NCBI GenBank assembly: GCA_022833215.1
Contig: JAIPUZ010000106.1
Location: 7,515-71,514 of the forward strand
DNA length: 64,000 nt
Direction: 5' to 3'
From: Mesorhizobium sp.
GTDB lineage: Bacteria > Pseudomonadota > Alphaproteobacteria > Rhizobiales > Rhizobiaceae
Part shown: positions 38,114 through 49,577 of the stretch, piece after piece
Layout: every line of letters starts with the position of its first letter
Numbering within the stretch: the stretch's first letter is position 1
Program-made: the position numbers and the translations under genes
The notes under the pieces: generated by a model
Database searches by the model: none
Told to the model about the DNA's origin: nothing
What the model saw: only the letters and a program-made list of their open reading frames with translations

Positions 38114-39277
38114 ATGCCGATCCTGAACCGCGCCGCCGAAATGCAGGAAGAGGTGGCCGGCTGGCGCCGTCACCTGCACAGCAAGCCCGAGCTCGGCTTC
38201 GACGTCATCGAAACGGCCGCCTTCGTGGCCGGCAAGCTGCGGGCCTTCGGCTGCGACGAGGTGGTGACCGGTCTGGGCCGCACGGGCGTGGTGGGAATCA
38301 TCCGCGGCAGGCTGGGCGAGGGACGCACAGTCGGCCTGCGCGCCGACATGGATGCGCTGCCGATCGCAGAGATCACCGGCAAGTCCTATGCCTCCACCCA
38401 TGAGGGCAGGATGCATGCCTGCGGCCATGACGGCCATACCGCGATGCTGCTTGGCGCGGCCGCCTATCTGGCCGAGACCCGCAACTTCGCCGGCACTGTC
38501 GCGGTGATCTTCCAGCCGGCCGAGGAAGGCGGCGGCGGCGGCCGCGAAATGGTCAGGGATGGCCTGATGGACCGCTTCGGCATCGGGAATGTGTTCGGCA
38601 TGCACAACATGCCGGGCCTTCCGGTCGGCCATTTCGCGATCCGGCAGGGACCGATCCTCGCCGCGACCGCGGAATTCGACATCGAGGTGTCGGGGCGCGG
38701 CGGACATGCGGCGATGCCGCATCGCTCCATTGACCCGGTTGTGGCCGCCAGCCATCTGGTGACAGCCACCCAGTCCATCGTGGGCCGCAATGTCGATCCG
38801 CTGGAAGCTGGCGTGGTGTCGATCACGAAATTCCATGCCGGCGACGCCCACAACATCATTCCCGAAAAGGCCGCGCTTGCCGGCACGGTGCGCACGCTGA
38901 AGAGCGAAACCGCGCAGCTGGCCGAGCAGCGGCTTCAGGCCGTATGCGACGGCACGGCCGCCACCTTCGGTGTCGCGGTCGAACTCCATTTCCGGCCCAA
39001 TTACCCGGTGACCTTCAACCACGCGCGGGAAACCGTCTTCGCCGGCGACGTGGCTGCCGAGGTCGCCGGCGCGGGGCAGGTCGATCGGGACATGCAGCCG
39101 CTGATGGCCGGCGAGGATTTCTCCTACATGCTGGAAGCAAGGCCCGGCGCGTTCATCTTCATCGGCAATGGCGACAGCGCCGGCCTCCATCACCCGGCCT
39201 ACGATTTCAACGACGAGGCAATCCCGCACGGTGTCAGCTACTGGGTGAGGCTGGCGGAGACGGCTCTGGCTTCCTGA
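38114..39277 (+). CDS. M20D amidohydrolase (hippurate hydrolase-like)
   Basis: PELGF, LRADMDALP, MHACGHDGH, FQPAEEG, GEDFS and LHHPAYDFND. Confidence 0.93.
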   Translation: MPILNRAAEMQEEVAGWRRHLHSKPELGFDVIETAAFVAGKLRAFGCDEVVTGLGRTGVVGIIRGRLGEGRTVGLRADMDALPIAEITGKSYASTHEGRMHACGHDGHTAMLLGAAAYLAETRNFAGTVAVIFQPAEEGGGGGREMVRDGLMDRFGIGNVFGMHNMPGLPVGHFAIRQGPILAATAEFDIEVSGRGGHAAMPHRSIDPVVAASHLVTATQSIVGRNVDPLEAGVVSITKFHAGDAHNIIPEKAALAGTVRTLKSETAQLAEQRLQAVCDGTAATFGVAVELHFRPNYPVTFNHARETVFAGDVAAEVAGAGQVDRDMQPLMAGEDFSYMLEARPGAFIFIGNGDSAGLHHPAYDFNDEAIPHGVSYWVRLAETALAS

Positions 39278-39373
39278 TCCGGTCCCGCGCCCGATTTCCC
39301 GGAGCGGGAGCGGATTTTTGACGAATCCCGGCCTTGGCGAGCGGACGCGAAACCGTTATGTGTCTGCTCCAGT

Positions 39374-39450
39374 GGTCCCGTAGCTCAGTAGGATAGAGCG
39401 GCAGATTCCTAATCTGTAGGTCGCAGGTTCGATTCCTGCCGGGATCACCA
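39374..39450 (+). tRNA. tRNA-Arg (anticodon CCT)
   Basis: GGTCCCG acceptor stem, TAGCTCAG D arm, anticodon arm GCAGA-TTCCTAA-TCTGT, GGTTCGATTCC T arm and encoded CCA; 77 nt. Confidence 0.97.
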
Positions 39451-39571
39451 CCCTTCCAGCTCCCATGCGCCCAGAATCCAGTGTCTGGATCCGGTGTCTG
39501 GCATGATGGCTGGCATCCCGTCGCAAGTCCCCCGGTTCCGGCAGGAATCGATCACAAAGGCCGAAACCACG

Positions 39572-40228
39572 ATGTCCGATGAAACCCGCCCCCCGAAGCA
39601 CTGGTCGATGGTGGAGTATCTCCACGAGACGGTGAAGAACCCGAACATCCACATTCGGGGCCGCAACAGCTACTACAGCAACGCATGGACCGCCTCCTTC
39701 GAGGAAAGCGTGGTGCGCTACCTTTATGGCGACGCCTACAGCCTGAGCGCCTGGGAGCCGCAGTGGGAGATCGACCAGCTCCATATCGGCGATTATGTGT
39801 GCATCGGGGCCGAGGCCGTCATCCTCATGGGCGGCAACCATACCCATCGCACCGACTGGTTCAGCCTCTATCCCTTCGCCGATGTCATTCTCGACGCCTA
39901 CAAGGGCAAGGGCGACACCCTGATAGAGGATGGCGCCTGGATCGGCATGCGCGCCATGATCATGCCGGGCGTCACCATCGGCGAGGGCGCCATCGTCGCT
40001 TCCGGCGCCATCGTCACCAAGGATGTCGCGCCCTACACCATCGTCGCCGGCAATCCGGCCGCGCCGGTGCGCCGGCGTTTTCCGGATGCGACGGCCGAAG
40101 CGCTGCTGGCGCTCGGCATCTACAGGTGGGAGCGCGAGAAGTTCGACGCGCTGCGATCCTTCCTGTGTGCCGACGATCTCGACGCACTGGTCAGGGCCGC
40201 CACCGACTACGACGCCGGCAAGGCCTGA
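39572..40228 (+). CDS. Hexapeptide-repeat O-acetyltransferase, CatB/CatC (xenobiotic acyltransferase) family
   Basis: KHWS..EYLHETVKNPNIHIRG, IGDYVCIGAEAVILMGGNHTHRTDW and WIGMRAMIMPGVTIGEGAIVA...VTKDVAPYTIVAGNPA. Confidence 0.88.
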   Translation: MSDETRPPKHWSMVEYLHETVKNPNIHIRGRNSYYSNAWTASFEESVVRYLYGDAYSLSAWEPQWEIDQLHIGDYVCIGAEAVILMGGNHTHRTDWFSLYPFADVILDAYKGKGDTLIEDGAWIGMRAMIMPGVTIGEGAIVASGAIVTKDVAPYTIVAGNPAAPVRRRFPDATAEALLALGIYRWEREKFDALRSFLCADDLDALVRAATDYDAGKA

Positions 40229-40235
40229 ACCTCAT

Positions 40236-40267
40236 CATGCCTGAACCGTACTTCCGGTTCAGGCATG
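40236..40267. terminator. Hairpin between the convergent acetyltransferase gene and lpd
   Basis: Perfect 13-bp stem CATGCCTGAACCG-TACTTC-CGGTTCAGGCATG overlapping the lpd stop. No clear U-tract. Confidence 0.55.
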
Positions 40268-41653
40268 CAAGGCGAGCCCGAGCGCCTTGAGCGCGGCCTC
40301 CTGAAAGGCCTCGCCCTGCGTCGGATGGGCATGGATGGTGCCGGCGATGTCTTCCAGCCGCGCGCCCATTTCCAGCGCAAGGCCGAAGGCCGCCGACAGT
40401 TCCGACACCCCCTGCCCGACCGCCTGAATGCCCAGCACCAGATGATTGTCGGCCCGCGCCACCACGCGCACGAAGCCGTCCTCGCCCTGCCTCGTCATGG
40501 CGCGGCCATTGGCCGAGAACGGGAACTGGCCGATCTTGATCTCGCCCTGCGCCTTCGCCTCCTCCGGGGACAGGCCGGCGGTCACCAGTTCGGGATCCGT
40601 GAAGCAGATGGCCGGAATGGCGCGCTTGTCCCAGTTGCGCCGGTGGCCGGCGACGATCTCGGCCACCATCTCGCCCTGCGCCATGGCCCGGTGCGCCAGC
40701 ATCGGCTCGCCGGTCACGTCGCCGATGGCGTAGATGCCGCGCATCGAGGTGCGGCAGCGGTCGTCGATGCGGATGAAGCGGCCGTTCATGTCGAGATCGA
40801 TTTCCTCAAGGCCCCAGCCGTCCGTCACCGGTCTGCGGCCAACGGTGACGAGCACCTTGTCGGCGGCAATCTTCCTGTCCTTGCCGTCGGCGGTCTCGAC
40901 CAGAAGCGCATCGCCTTTCGAAGACAGTCCCCTGGCCTTCGCGCCGACCAGCACCTCGACACCGAGGGCGGCAAGGCGCTTCGACACGGGACGCACCAGT
41001 TCGGCATCATACTGGGCAAGCAGGCGCGGCAACGCCTCCACGATGGTGACCTTCGCCCCCAGTTTCGCAAACGCCGTGCCGAGTTCGAGCCCGATATAAC
41101 CGCCGCCGACCACGCTCAGCTTCTGCGGAATTTCCTTCAGCGACAGCGCTTCGGTGGAAGAGATCACCTTCCCGCCAAACGGCAGGAAAGGCAGCTCGAC
41201 CGGCGCGGAGCCGGTGGCGATGACCACGTTTTCAGCCCGGATGATCTGCAATCCGGTTTCGGTCTCAACCTCGATTGTCTTGCCGTCGCGAAACTGCGCA
41301 CGACCCTGAACATATTTGACGCGGGCTTTTTTAAGCAGCGCGGCAACACCGCTGCTAAGTCGGCTAACTATACTGTCCTTCCAGCCGATCGTCGTGGCAA
41401 AATCGAGTTTGGGTTCACTGGCGGAAATTCCGAGAGTATCGTCCTTGCCCGCCCGGTGAACTGCCTTCTCGAACTCCTCAGCCGCATGAATCAGCGCTTT
41501 GGAGGGGATGCAGCCCACATTCAGGCACGTTCCTCCCGGCTTCACAGCTTCCACGATGACCGTGTCCAGCCCGAGTTGGCCGGCGCGAATGGCGCAGACA
41601 TAACCACCCGGACCGGCACCGATGACCAGAAGCTTGCAGGAAATCTCCTTCAT
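40259..41653 (-). CDS. lpdA: Dihydrolipoamide dehydrogenase (E3, branched-chain complex)
   Basis: [39 protein letters not shown] and HAHPTQGE. Confidence 0.96.
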   Translation of the reverse strand: MKEISCKLLVIGAGPGGYVCAIRAGQLGLDTVIVEAVKPGGTCLNVGCIPSKALIHAAEEFEKAVHRAGKDDTLGISASEPKLDFATTIGWKDSIVSRLSSGVAALLKKARVKYVQGRAQFRDGKTIEVETETGLQIIRAENVVIATGSAPVELPFLPFGGKVISSTEALSLKEIPQKLSVVGGGYIGLELGTAFAKLGAKVTIVEALPRLLAQYDAELVRPVSKRLAALGVEVLVGAKARGLSSKGDALLVETADGKDRKIAADKVLVTVGRRPVTDGWGLEEIDLDMNGRFIRIDDRCRTSMRGIYAIGDVTGEPMLAHRAMAQGEMVAEIVAGHRRNWDKRAIPAICFTDPELVTAGLSPEEAKAQGEIKIGQFPFSANGRAMTRQGEDGFVRVVARADNHLVLGIQAVGQGVSELSAAFGLALEMGARLEDIAGTIHAHPTQGEAFQEAALKALGLALHA

Positions 41654-41708
41654 CCTGCCGCTCCTTTCCCGATTTTCATTAGCCGGCGTTCAAAAATACG
41701 ATCCATGA

Positions 41709-43019
41709 TTACTCTCCGACGAAAATCATGGCCGGCGTTTCGAGCAGGGCCTTGATCCGTTGCACGAAGACGGCGGCGTCCCATCCGTCGATGACACGAT
41801 GGTCGAAGGACGATGACAGGTTCATCATCTTGCGCGGCACGAACTGCGCGCCATCCCACACCGGGCGCACCATCATCTTGTTGACGCCGACGATGGCCAC
41901 TTCCGGGTAGTTGATGACGGGCGTCGTAACCACGCCACCCATCGCGCCAAGCGAGGTGATGGTGATGGTCGAGCCGGACAGTTCCTCGCGTGTGGCGATG
42001 CCCGATTTCGCCGCTTCCGCCAGCCGGTTCAGTTCGGCGCCGCTCTCCCACAGGTCCAGCGCCTCGGCGTGTTTCACCACCGGCACAACGAGCCCGTTGG
42101 CGGTCTGCGCCGCAATACCGATATGCACCCCGCCATACTGGCGGATGATGCCGGCATCGTCGTCGTAGAGAGCGTTGAGGTGCGGCTGCTCCGCTATGGC
42201 CCTGACCATGGCGCGCATGAGGAACGGCAGCAGCGTCAGCTTCGGCCGATCCTGACCCGCCTTTTGCTTGTTGAGGGCTGACCGCAGCTCTTCCAGCGCC
42301 GTGACATCCACCTCCTCGACATAGGTGATGTGCGGGATGCGGGCCTTGGCGCGCTGCATCTTCTCGGCGATCTTGCGGCGCAGGCCAACGACCCTGATCT
42401 CTTCGACCCTGTCGCTGCGCACCAGACCGGAAGCCTTGCCGGGCTGCGGGCCGCGGGTGATGAAGGCGTCGAGATCTTCATGACCGATGCGACCGGCCGG
42501 GCCGCTGCCCGGCACCTGCCGCAGATCGATACCGGCCTCCTTCGCCCTGAGGCGCACGGCAGGCGAAGCCAGCGGCTTTTCGCCCTCGCGGCGCGGAGCG
42601 CCGACAGGAGCGCTGCGCGCTCCGGCAGGTTGCACCGGAGCCGGTTCCTTTTCACGCTTGGCCAGGGGGGGCATGGCTGGCTTTTCCGGAACCGGCGCTG
42701 CTTTTTTCTCCTGCGCGACTGGCTCTGGTTCTGCTTGCGGCTCCGTCATGGCATCGCCCTGCCCGACATTGCCCTCACCGGCCACCTTGAGCCGAACGAT
42801 GGGCGAGCCGATGGCGACCGTGTCGCCGATCTCCGCACCGAGCCAGAGGATCTCGCCTTCGACCGGCGAGGGAATCTCGACTGTCGCCTTGTCGGTCATA
42901 ACCGCCGCGAGCAGCGCGTCCTCCCGCACCATGTCGCCGACCTTGACGTGCCATTCGACCAGTTCGGCTTCTGCCACGCCCTCGCCGACATCGGGAAGCC
43001 TGATGACATGTTCGCCCAT
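41709..43019 (-). CDS. bkdB: Branched-chain 2-oxoacid dehydrogenase E2
   Basis: Lipoyl motif VMTDKA, ASPAVR E3-binding domain and SFDHRVIDG. Confidence 0.95.
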   Translation of the reverse strand: MGEHVIRLPDVGEGVAEAELVEWHVKVGDMVREDALLAAVMTDKATVEIPSPVEGEILWLGAEIGDTVAIGSPIVRLKVAGEGNVGQGDAMTEPQAEPEPVAQEKKAAPVPEKPAMPPLAKREKEPAPVQPAGARSAPVGAPRREGEKPLASPAVRLRAKEAGIDLRQVPGSGPAGRIGHEDLDAFITRGPQPGKASGLVRSDRVEEIRVVGLRRKIAEKMQRAKARIPHITYVEEVDVTALEELRSALNKQKAGQDRPKLTLLPFLMRAMVRAIAEQPHLNALYDDDAGIIRQYGGVHIGIAAQTANGLVVPVVKHAEALDLWESGAELNRLAEAAKSGIATREELSGSTITITSLGAMGGVVTTPVINYPEVAIVGVNKMMVRPVWDGAQFVPRKMMNLSSSFDHRVIDGWDAAVFVQRIKALLETPAMIFVGE

Positions 43020-43020
43020 C

Positions 43021-44034
43021 TCAAGCCTCCATCGTTTCAATGAGCGCACGGCCGACACGCGCCGGGCCGGGGAAATAATCCCACTCCTGCGCATGCGGAT
43101 ACGGCGTATCCCAGCCCGCGACCCGCGCTATCGGCGTTTCCAGATGATAGAAACAATTCTCCTGCACCAGGGTTGCCAGCTCGGCACCGAAACCGGATGT
43201 CTGGGTTGCCTCGTGCACCACCACGCAGCGCCCGGTTTTGCTCACTGAAGCGACGATGGCATCGAGATCGAGCGGCAGCAGGGTGCGCAGATCGATGATT
43301 TCGGCGTCGATGCCCGTCTCCGCGGCTGCGGCCTCGGCCACGTAGACCATGGTGCCATAGGCGAGCACGGTCACGTCGCTGCCCTCCCGGCGGATCGCCG
43401 CCTTGCCGAGCGGCACGCTGTAGTGCCCGTCGGGGACCTCACCGAGTTCATGCTTCGACCATGGCGTGACCGGACGTTCGTGGTGCCCGTCGAACGGACC
43501 GTTATAGAGCCGCTTGGGCTCGAAGAAGATCACCGGATCCGGGTCCTCGATTGCCGCGATGAGAAGCCCCTTGGCGTCGCGCGGATTGGACGGCACCACC
43601 ACCTTGAGGCCGGAAACATGCGTGAACAGCGCTTCCGGGCTCTGGCTGTGTGTCTGGCCGCCGAATATGCCGCCGCCGGACGGCATGCGAACCACGATCG
43701 GGCATGTGAAATCGCCATTGGAACGATAGCGCAGGCGCGCCGCCTCCGAGACGATCTGGTCATAGCCCGGATAGACATAGTCGGCGAACTGGACTTCGAC
43801 GCAGGGACGCAGCCCGTAAGCGGCCATTCCGATGGCGGCGCCGACGATGCCGGATTCGTTGATCGGCGCATCGAAGCAGCGGCTCTTGCCGTATTTGGCC
43901 TGCAGGCCGGCGGTACAGCGGAATACACCGCCGAAGAAGCCGACGTCCTCGCCGAACACGATGACGCGTTCGTCGCGCCCCATGGAAACGTCCATGGCGT
44001 CGCGAATGGCCTCGATCATGGTCTTGCGCGCCAT
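43021..44034 (-). CDS. bkdA2: 2-oxoisovalerate dehydrogenase E1 beta
   Basis: GEDVGFFGGVFR, VQFADY, GGQTHSQSPE and DTPYPH. Confidence 0.96.
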   Translation of the reverse strand: MARKTMIEAIRDAMDVSMGRDERVIVFGEDVGFFGGVFRCTAGLQAKYGKSRCFDAPINESGIVGAAIGMAAYGLRPCVEVQFADYVYPGYDQIVSEAARLRYRSNGDFTCPIVVRMPSGGGIFGGQTHSQSPEALFTHVSGLKVVVPSNPRDAKGLLIAAIEDPDPVIFFEPKRLYNGPFDGHHERPVTPWSKHELGEVPDGHYSVPLGKAAIRREGSDVTVLAYGTMVYVAEAAAAETGIDAEIIDLRTLLPLDLDAIVASVSKTGRCVVVHEATQTSGFGAELATLVQENCFYHLETPIARVAGWDTPYPHAQEWDYFPGPARVGRALIETMEA

Positions 44035-44037
44035 GGC

Positions 44038-45297
<1,260 letters not shown>

Positions 45298-45590
45298 TCA
45301 TCGCACAATATCGCGGCCTGATCAGCAGCGATGCGGCTCGGCGTCGGCGATGCGGCGATACTGGCAGGAAACCGGAGCAATTTCCCATTTTTGAAGATGA
45401 CCCTGCGGCAATAATGGGAAAAGCAGGAGCCGGTTCCGCGAAGCAATGCTGCGCGCGGGAGCATTTCGGTCCCTCCCGGCGCGCGGCACGTCCCGCTGCG
45501 CTTCGTTCTTGCGGCCCTCCCGGCTGCTTCTGCACACTTCACTGGCACCGAGCCGGTTCCCACATCCGGACGACATGATAGAAAGGCCGC

Positions 45591-46634
45591 ATGGCACAGA
45601 AGAAAGCACATGAAGTCGATTCCTGGCTGGCGAGACCGGACTCGAGGACTTTCCTCATTCTCATCTACGGTCCGGATCGCGGTCTCGTGTCCGAGCGAGG
45701 CAAGGCCTATGCTCAAAGCACCGGCCTGCCGCTGGACGATCCGTTCAGCGTCGTGAAGCTGGATGGCCCGGAAGTGGAAAAGGGCGACGGGAGATTGTCC
45801 CAGGAAGCCCGCACCGTGCCGATGTTCAGCGATCGCCGCCTGTTGTGGGTTCGCAATGCCGCCGGCCAGAAAGGGCTGGCCGACGAGGTAAAAGCCCTTC
45901 TTGCCGAACCGCCCCGCGACGCGACGATCCTGATCGAAGCCGGTGACCTGAAAAAGGGCGCGCCATTGCGTTCGGCCGTCGAGACCGCCCAAGGCGCCAT
46001 GGCCCTGCCCTGCTATGCCGACGATGGCCGCGATATTGAAGCCGTGATCGACGACGAATTGCGCAAGGCGAACCTGACAATGCCGCTGGATGCGCGGCAG
46101 GCGCTGCGCCGCAATCTGGGCGGCGACCGCCTCGCCACCCGCGCGGAACTGCACAAGCTTACCCTCTATGCGCAGGGTCAGTCTCAAATCTCGCTGGAGG
46201 ACGTCAGGCTGATGACCGGCGACGTCTCCGGACACTCTCTCGATGAGGCCGTCGACGCCATTCTCGACGGGCGTATCGAGGATTTCGACACTGCATTCGC
46301 ACGTCATTGCCAGGCCGGAGGTCAACCCTTTCTGGCCCTTTCGGGGACGATGCGCCAGTTTCACGCCCTTCACGTGATGCGTGGCGCAATGGAAGAAGGC
46401 AGCCGCAACGCCGCCTCGGTCGTGGCTGGCGCAAGGCCCCCGGTCTTCTTCTCGAGGCGCAAGCTCATCGAGCGTGCGCTCGAGCGCTGGAACCGGCAAT
46501 CCATCGAACGCGCGCTGGCAAGGCTTCAGAACGCCGTCCTGCAAACGCGCCGTCGCCCCGAACTCGCCTCAGCGCTGGTCAGACAGGCCCTACTCGGTAT
46601 AGCCGTGGAAAGCGCACGCCTTTCGCGGCGATGA
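45591..46634 (+). CDS. holA: DNA polymerase III delta subunit
   Basis: LIYGPDRGLVSER, IEAGDLKK..PLR, ALPCYAD, LGGDRLATRAELHKL and PPVFFSRR. Confidence 0.93.
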   Translation: MAQKKAHEVDSWLARPDSRTFLILIYGPDRGLVSERGKAYAQSTGLPLDDPFSVVKLDGPEVEKGDGRLSQEARTVPMFSDRRLLWVRNAAGQKGLADEVKALLAEPPRDATILIEAGDLKKGAPLRSAVETAQGAMALPCYADDGRDIEAVIDDELRKANLTMPLDARQALRRNLGGDRLATRAELHKLTLYAQGQSQISLEDVRLMTGDVSGHSLDEAVDAILDGRIEDFDTAFARHCQAGGQPFLALSGTMRQFHALHVMRGAMEEGSRNAASVVAGARPPVFFSRRKLIERALERWNRQSIERALARLQNAVLQTRRRPELASALVRQALLGIAVESARLSRR

Positions 46635-47178
46635 AATCTCAGGAAATACTATACAATACAACAGGATAGAGAGTTACGGCGAGGCATTGACCTCGTTATC
46701 GAAGCCTATGTGACCGACTCACGGGCTCGCTGCACATGCGGATTGAAACGCGTTGGAGCGATGCAAGGAAATTATCGTCACGCTTGCCATATCGCGTGGC
46801 TACCACCCTGAAGTTTTGAATTTACGAAAGACGCGCCCGACGGTTTTGCGCTGACGACACACAGATGCGCTGAAAGGGAAGGTTTTACGTGGTTGGGCAT
46901 GGCGCAGATGTTGCCTCATGAGCCGCGCAGGGCGCATGCGAGCCGTAGAGCGCCGGAATGTCGGCTTCTGGCACTCCGGTTCGCAGCAATCGGAAGGTGC
47001 CGCTCCCAATCCGACTGCCATCGACACGGGGACCACCGCGCACCTTGATTCGCAGCTGTGGCTTGGTCGCCGACCACTCGAGGCCCGTCAGATCAACGCC
47101 TGTCATCCTGAACCTCCGAAAAGGAGGTCGGTAATCCAGAACGCCCATCCGGGAGCAGCTTGCTTGTGACCGTGTAAC

Positions 47179-48057
47179 CTAGAGCTTCAGTTTGCGGCAC
47201 AGGTCGTCGAGCTGGTCGAGCGTCTTGTAGGACACGCGCAATTCCCCGCCCCGCTCCTTGTGAGGAGCAATGGTCACCTTCATGCCTATCGTATCGGTCA
47301 GCAGTTTCTCCAGCGCCAGCGTATCGGCGTCCTTCTCGGCGGGACCTGAAGACCGGTTTTCCCGGACAGGACCTGCGGGCGCCTGCGCCAGCGCTTCCGC
47401 CTGACGCACGGACAGCCCTTCATCGATGATGCGCCGGGCCAGCCCCACCGGGTCCTCGGCCGTAACGAGGGTCCGCGCATGACCGGCCGACAGGGATCCG
47501 TCGACCACCAGATCCCGGATCACGTCGGGCAGCTTCAACAGGCGCAGCGTATTGGCCACGTGGCTGCGGCTCTTGCCGATAACCTGCCCCAGATCGGCCT
47601 GGCTGTAATTGTGCTCCTCGATGAGTTGCTCATAGCCGAGCGCCTCTTCGATCGGGTTGAGGTCCGCACGCTGGACGTTCTCGATGATCGCCAGCTCAAG
47701 CGCGGTGCGATCGCTGACCTCGCGAACGATGACAGGAATCTCGACCAGCCCGGCCCGCTGCGCCGCGCGCCAGCGACGTTCACCGGCGATGATTTCATAG
47801 AGGCCCTGCTGTTCGGGCGCCGGACGCACCACCACCGGCTGCACGATGCCATGCTCGCGGATGGACTGCGCGAGGTCTGTCAGTTCAGGCTCACCGAAAT
47901 GCCGGCGCGGATTGCGCGGGTTAGGGGCGACGAACTCGATCGGAACCTTGCCGTCGGCCAGCGCCGCCGGCCTTTCGGGCTCCGCCGGTCGGTCGATTTC
48001 GCCGATCAGAGCTGCCAGTCCCCGTCCGAGCCGCTTTCTTGAAGGATCTTCGCTCAT
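47179..48057 (-). CDS. parB: Chromosome partitioning protein ParB
   Basis: LGRGLAALIG, NPRNPRRHF, IIAGERRWRAA, ENVQRADL and SRSHVANTLRLL. Confidence 0.97.
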   Translation of the reverse strand: MSEDPSRKRLGRGLAALIGEIDRPAEPERPAALADGKVPIEFVAPNPRNPRRHFGEPELTDLAQSIREHGIVQPVVVRPAPEQQGLYEIIAGERRWRAAQRAGLVEIPVIVREVSDRTALELAIIENVQRADLNPIEEALGYEQLIEEHNYSQADLGQVIGKSRSHVANTLRLLKLPDVIRDLVVDGSLSAGHARTLVTAEDPVGLARRIIDEGLSVRQAEALAQAPAGPVRENRSSGPAEKDADTLALEKLLTDTIGMKVTIAPHKERGGELRVSYKTLDQLDDLCRKLKL

Positions 48058-48107
48058 CGTTCACCAAAATCGTTTCATTACCGAATCAATCTGTCGTCTT
48101 GCCGGGT

Positions 48108-48908
<801 letters not shown>

Positions 48909-48947
48909 GCTTTCCTGCCGGAATTTCACTCCGATAGACGGATGCTT

Positions 48948-49577
48948 TCACCTGGCGCTTAAACCACTGATCTCGAGCACGACTCCTTCAGGGTCGACCG
49001 AGCTTCTATGTTCTACCAGATCGAAAGACCAACGTTGACTGCTTTCTTCGACCTCGGCCCGGTAATCCCGGCCTTTGTGGAAGAGTGCGGTCGCTCCAGC
49101 CAACAGCCAGGGAGAAGCCAGTTCGAGCAGCAAGGGCAAAGCTGCCAATGCGCGTGCAGTCACAAACTGCGGCTGATCCACAAAGGCCGGCGCTTCTTCG
49201 ATACGCCGGGCAATGACCCGCGCAGGAAGATCGAACTCGCCGATCATGGCTTGCAGAAAGGCGGCTTTCTTGCGGTTGCTTTCAACGAGATCGATCCGGC
49301 CGGAACGATCCCGCATCAGGAAAGCGAGAACCAGGCCCGGAAAACCGCCTCCCGACCCAAGGTCGAGCCATTTTGTAGCACCCGGAGCCAGAGTGGCCAG
49401 TTGGGCACTGTCCAGAATATGCCTGCTCCACACATCGGACAGGGTCGAACTTGCGGCAAGGTTGATGCGATGGTTCCACTTCAGGAACTGGGCTTCAAAC
49501 AGCGAAAGGGCTTCAAACGTTTCACGTGAAACGACACCGGCGGCCGCCTGCAACGCAAGGAAGCGCTCTGCGCTCAT
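48948..49577 (-). CDS. rsmG: 16S rRNA m7G527 methyltransferase RsmG (GidB)
   Basis: [27 protein letters not shown] and VTARALA. Confidence 0.96.
   Translation of the reverse strand: MSAERFLALQAAAGVVSRETFEALSLFEAQFLKWNHRINLAASSTLSDVWSRHILDSAQLATLAPGATKWLDLGSGGGFPGLVLAFLMRDRSGRIDLVESNRKKAAFLQAMIGEFDLPARVIARRIEEAPAFVDQPQFVTARALAALPLLLELASPWLLAGATALFHKGRDYRAEVEESSQRWSFDLVEHRSSVDPEGVVLEISGLSAR
49518..49533. promoter_or_regulatory. parS site within rsmG CDS
   Basis: Perfect palindrome CGTTTCACGTGAAACG (consensus TGTTTCACGTGAAACA); encodes VSRET. Confidence 0.88.

Noticed and set aside
39440-40270. Genomic island or prophage at tRNA-Arg
   Set aside because: No duplicated tRNA 3' end and no integrase; core bkd genes resume within 0.8 kb.
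45591-46634. holA without leuS-lptE upstream
   Set aside because: As I recall, bkd-holA-parB adjacency is the usual arrangement in Mesorhizobium-like genomes, so it is not treated as a rearrangement; unverified without a synteny search.
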